Shown piece by piece: positions 43,012 to 43,524 of a DNA stretch of 43,524 bases. The notes under the pieces were generated by a model. It was not told the origin of the DNA, did not search any database, and saw only the letters and a list, made by a program, of their open reading frames with translations. Position numbers and translations under genes: made by a program. Position 1 is the first letter of the stretch; every line of letters starts with the position of its first letter. The stretch is taken from the NCBI GenBank assembly GCA_035533615.1, contig DATLTM010000003.1, positions 1-43,524 on the forward strand, read 5' to 3'. This DNA comes from Minisyncoccota bacterium. GTDB lineage: Bacteria > Patescibacteriota > Minisyncoccia > Phycocordibacterales > Phycocordibacteraceae.

Positions 43012-43049
43012 TGTCAAATTTGCTCCGCGGACTAGACGACGTTAGAACC
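43012..43049 (-). repeat. Island repeat, copy G (G/H subfamily)
   Basis: Plus strand: tgtcaaatttgctccgcggactagacgacgttagaacc. The minus strand has TTGACA-N17-TAAATG abutting. Confidence 0.7.
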
Positions 43050-43143
43050 TCCATTCGCAGCACATACGAGCACCATTTTGCTGTAGTACGCGAGTGGGGC
43101 GACCTCGTTGAGACATGCTAGCGTGGCGGGCTTTGCACGAATA

Positions 43144-43524
43144 ATGCCTCTCGAGGCTGATATGCTAAAGTTCAATCCGATGAAGAGATTCTGCTTCACT
43201 GACTCGAGCGGCATTCTTAAAAGAGATCGGTTATTCGGTACGGGTCTGCTGGTCGTGAAGAACGTCGGCGATCTTGGAGACAAGCTCAATAAAAATAGTC
43301 AGCCGGTGAAAGCTCTGGTGAAAGCGGCAAAGAATCAGAGGATAGATACGCTTTTGAGCGCAGATAACGGAGAGGAAGTTATAAGGATTCTGCGTGCAAA
43401 CGGGCGCTTTGAGATGAAGTTCGATCACATCGGAAGTGGGCCCACGCTACCGTACTACGGACGCATGGTTGATATATTCTTGGCCGATTCCGATAATCGG
43501 TTTTCCGTCATGGTTGTAGACAAG
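43144..43524 (+). CDS. DUF3800-like protein, 3-prime partial (runs off the window); not in the ORF track
   Basis: Hand translation: MPLEADMLKFNPMKRFCFTDSSGILKRDRLFGTGLLVV...RFEMKFDHIGSGPTLPYYGRMVDIFLADSDNRFSVMVVDK. 'FTDSSG' and 'EMKF...Y..MVD.F...RFSVMVVDK' match the DUF3800 pattern. The start could be ATG 43162 or GTG 43123. Confidence 0.55.
   Translation, partial: MPLEADMLKFNPMKRFCFTDSSGILKRDRLFGTGLLVVKNVGDLGDKLNKNSQPVKALVKAAKNQRIDTLLSADNGEEVIRILRANGRFEMKFDHIGSGPTLPYYGRMVDIFLADSDNRFSVMVVDK

Larger units (their letters stand above)
31250..43524. other. AT-richer accessory island (continues beyond the window end)
   Basis: There is an abrupt, eye-visible GC drop after the gene ending at 31248. 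Genes are short and mostly monocistronic, each with its own hairpin terminator. Orphan and toxin/defence-flavoured content. A shared promoter-proximal repeat family. Confidence 0.55.

Noticed and set aside
32792-43049. Repeat family as integron attC sites / gene cassettes
   Set aside because: I found no R''/R' inverted core sites (RYYYAAC...GTTRRRY) and no extended imperfect palindrome spanning each unit. No intI is in the window. Each gene has its own promoter-like boxes and terminator, and plus-strand genes are interspersed.
32792-43049. Repeat family as a CRISPR array or tRNA-derived sequence
   Set aside because: Spacing is irregular (about 300 nt to 3.4 kb) and the intervals contain genes, so it is not CRISPR. 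The minus-strand GGTTCGAAT resembles a T-loop, but no flanking T-stem, acceptor arm or anticodon arm can be drawn.

Overview
This 43.5-kb window uses the standard genetic code. I recognised no rRNA, tRNA, CRISPR array, transposase or integrase. The gene content looks like a Patescibacteria/CPR (Parcubacteria-like) chromosome, which is an inference from content only. It includes many small secreted or membrane-anchored orphans, an IPT/TIG plus beta-helix surface protein, a cohesin/dockerin protein, a split MacAB-type efflux set, GH130 enzymes, a PIF1-type helicase and a SET-domain protein. There are two compositional blocks. Nt 1 to ~31250 is GC-rich (hand spot counts of single 60-nt lines give roughly 55-60% GC) and carries envelope and housekeeping-type genes. 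From ~31250 to the window end the sequence is visibly AT-richer (spot counts roughly 38-47%). This second block is an accessory island of short, individually terminated genes: YfcG-type GST, RlpA-like, STAS-like, secreted S1 protease, DUF4406-like, zeta-toxin-family kinase, DUF3800-like and many orphans. The main discovery candidate lies in the island. Ten co-oriented copies of a conserved 30-40-bp element (plus-strand core GCTCCGCTGGATAGAGGATRTTCGRAC) each sit just upstream of a minus-strand transcription unit, many directly abutting its -35 box. One of those units encodes a 104-aa protein ending in a sigma-70 region-2.3-like motif. Another looks like a ~135-nt terminated non-coding RNA. Other notable points are a DUF4406-like/zeta-kinase divergent pair sharing a perfect 10+10 palindrome, widespread TAnnnT-N6-7-ATG (leaderless-type) starts, a frameshifted glycine-rich surface-protein gene, and a cluster of three GH130 domains with a PMM-like HAD gene.
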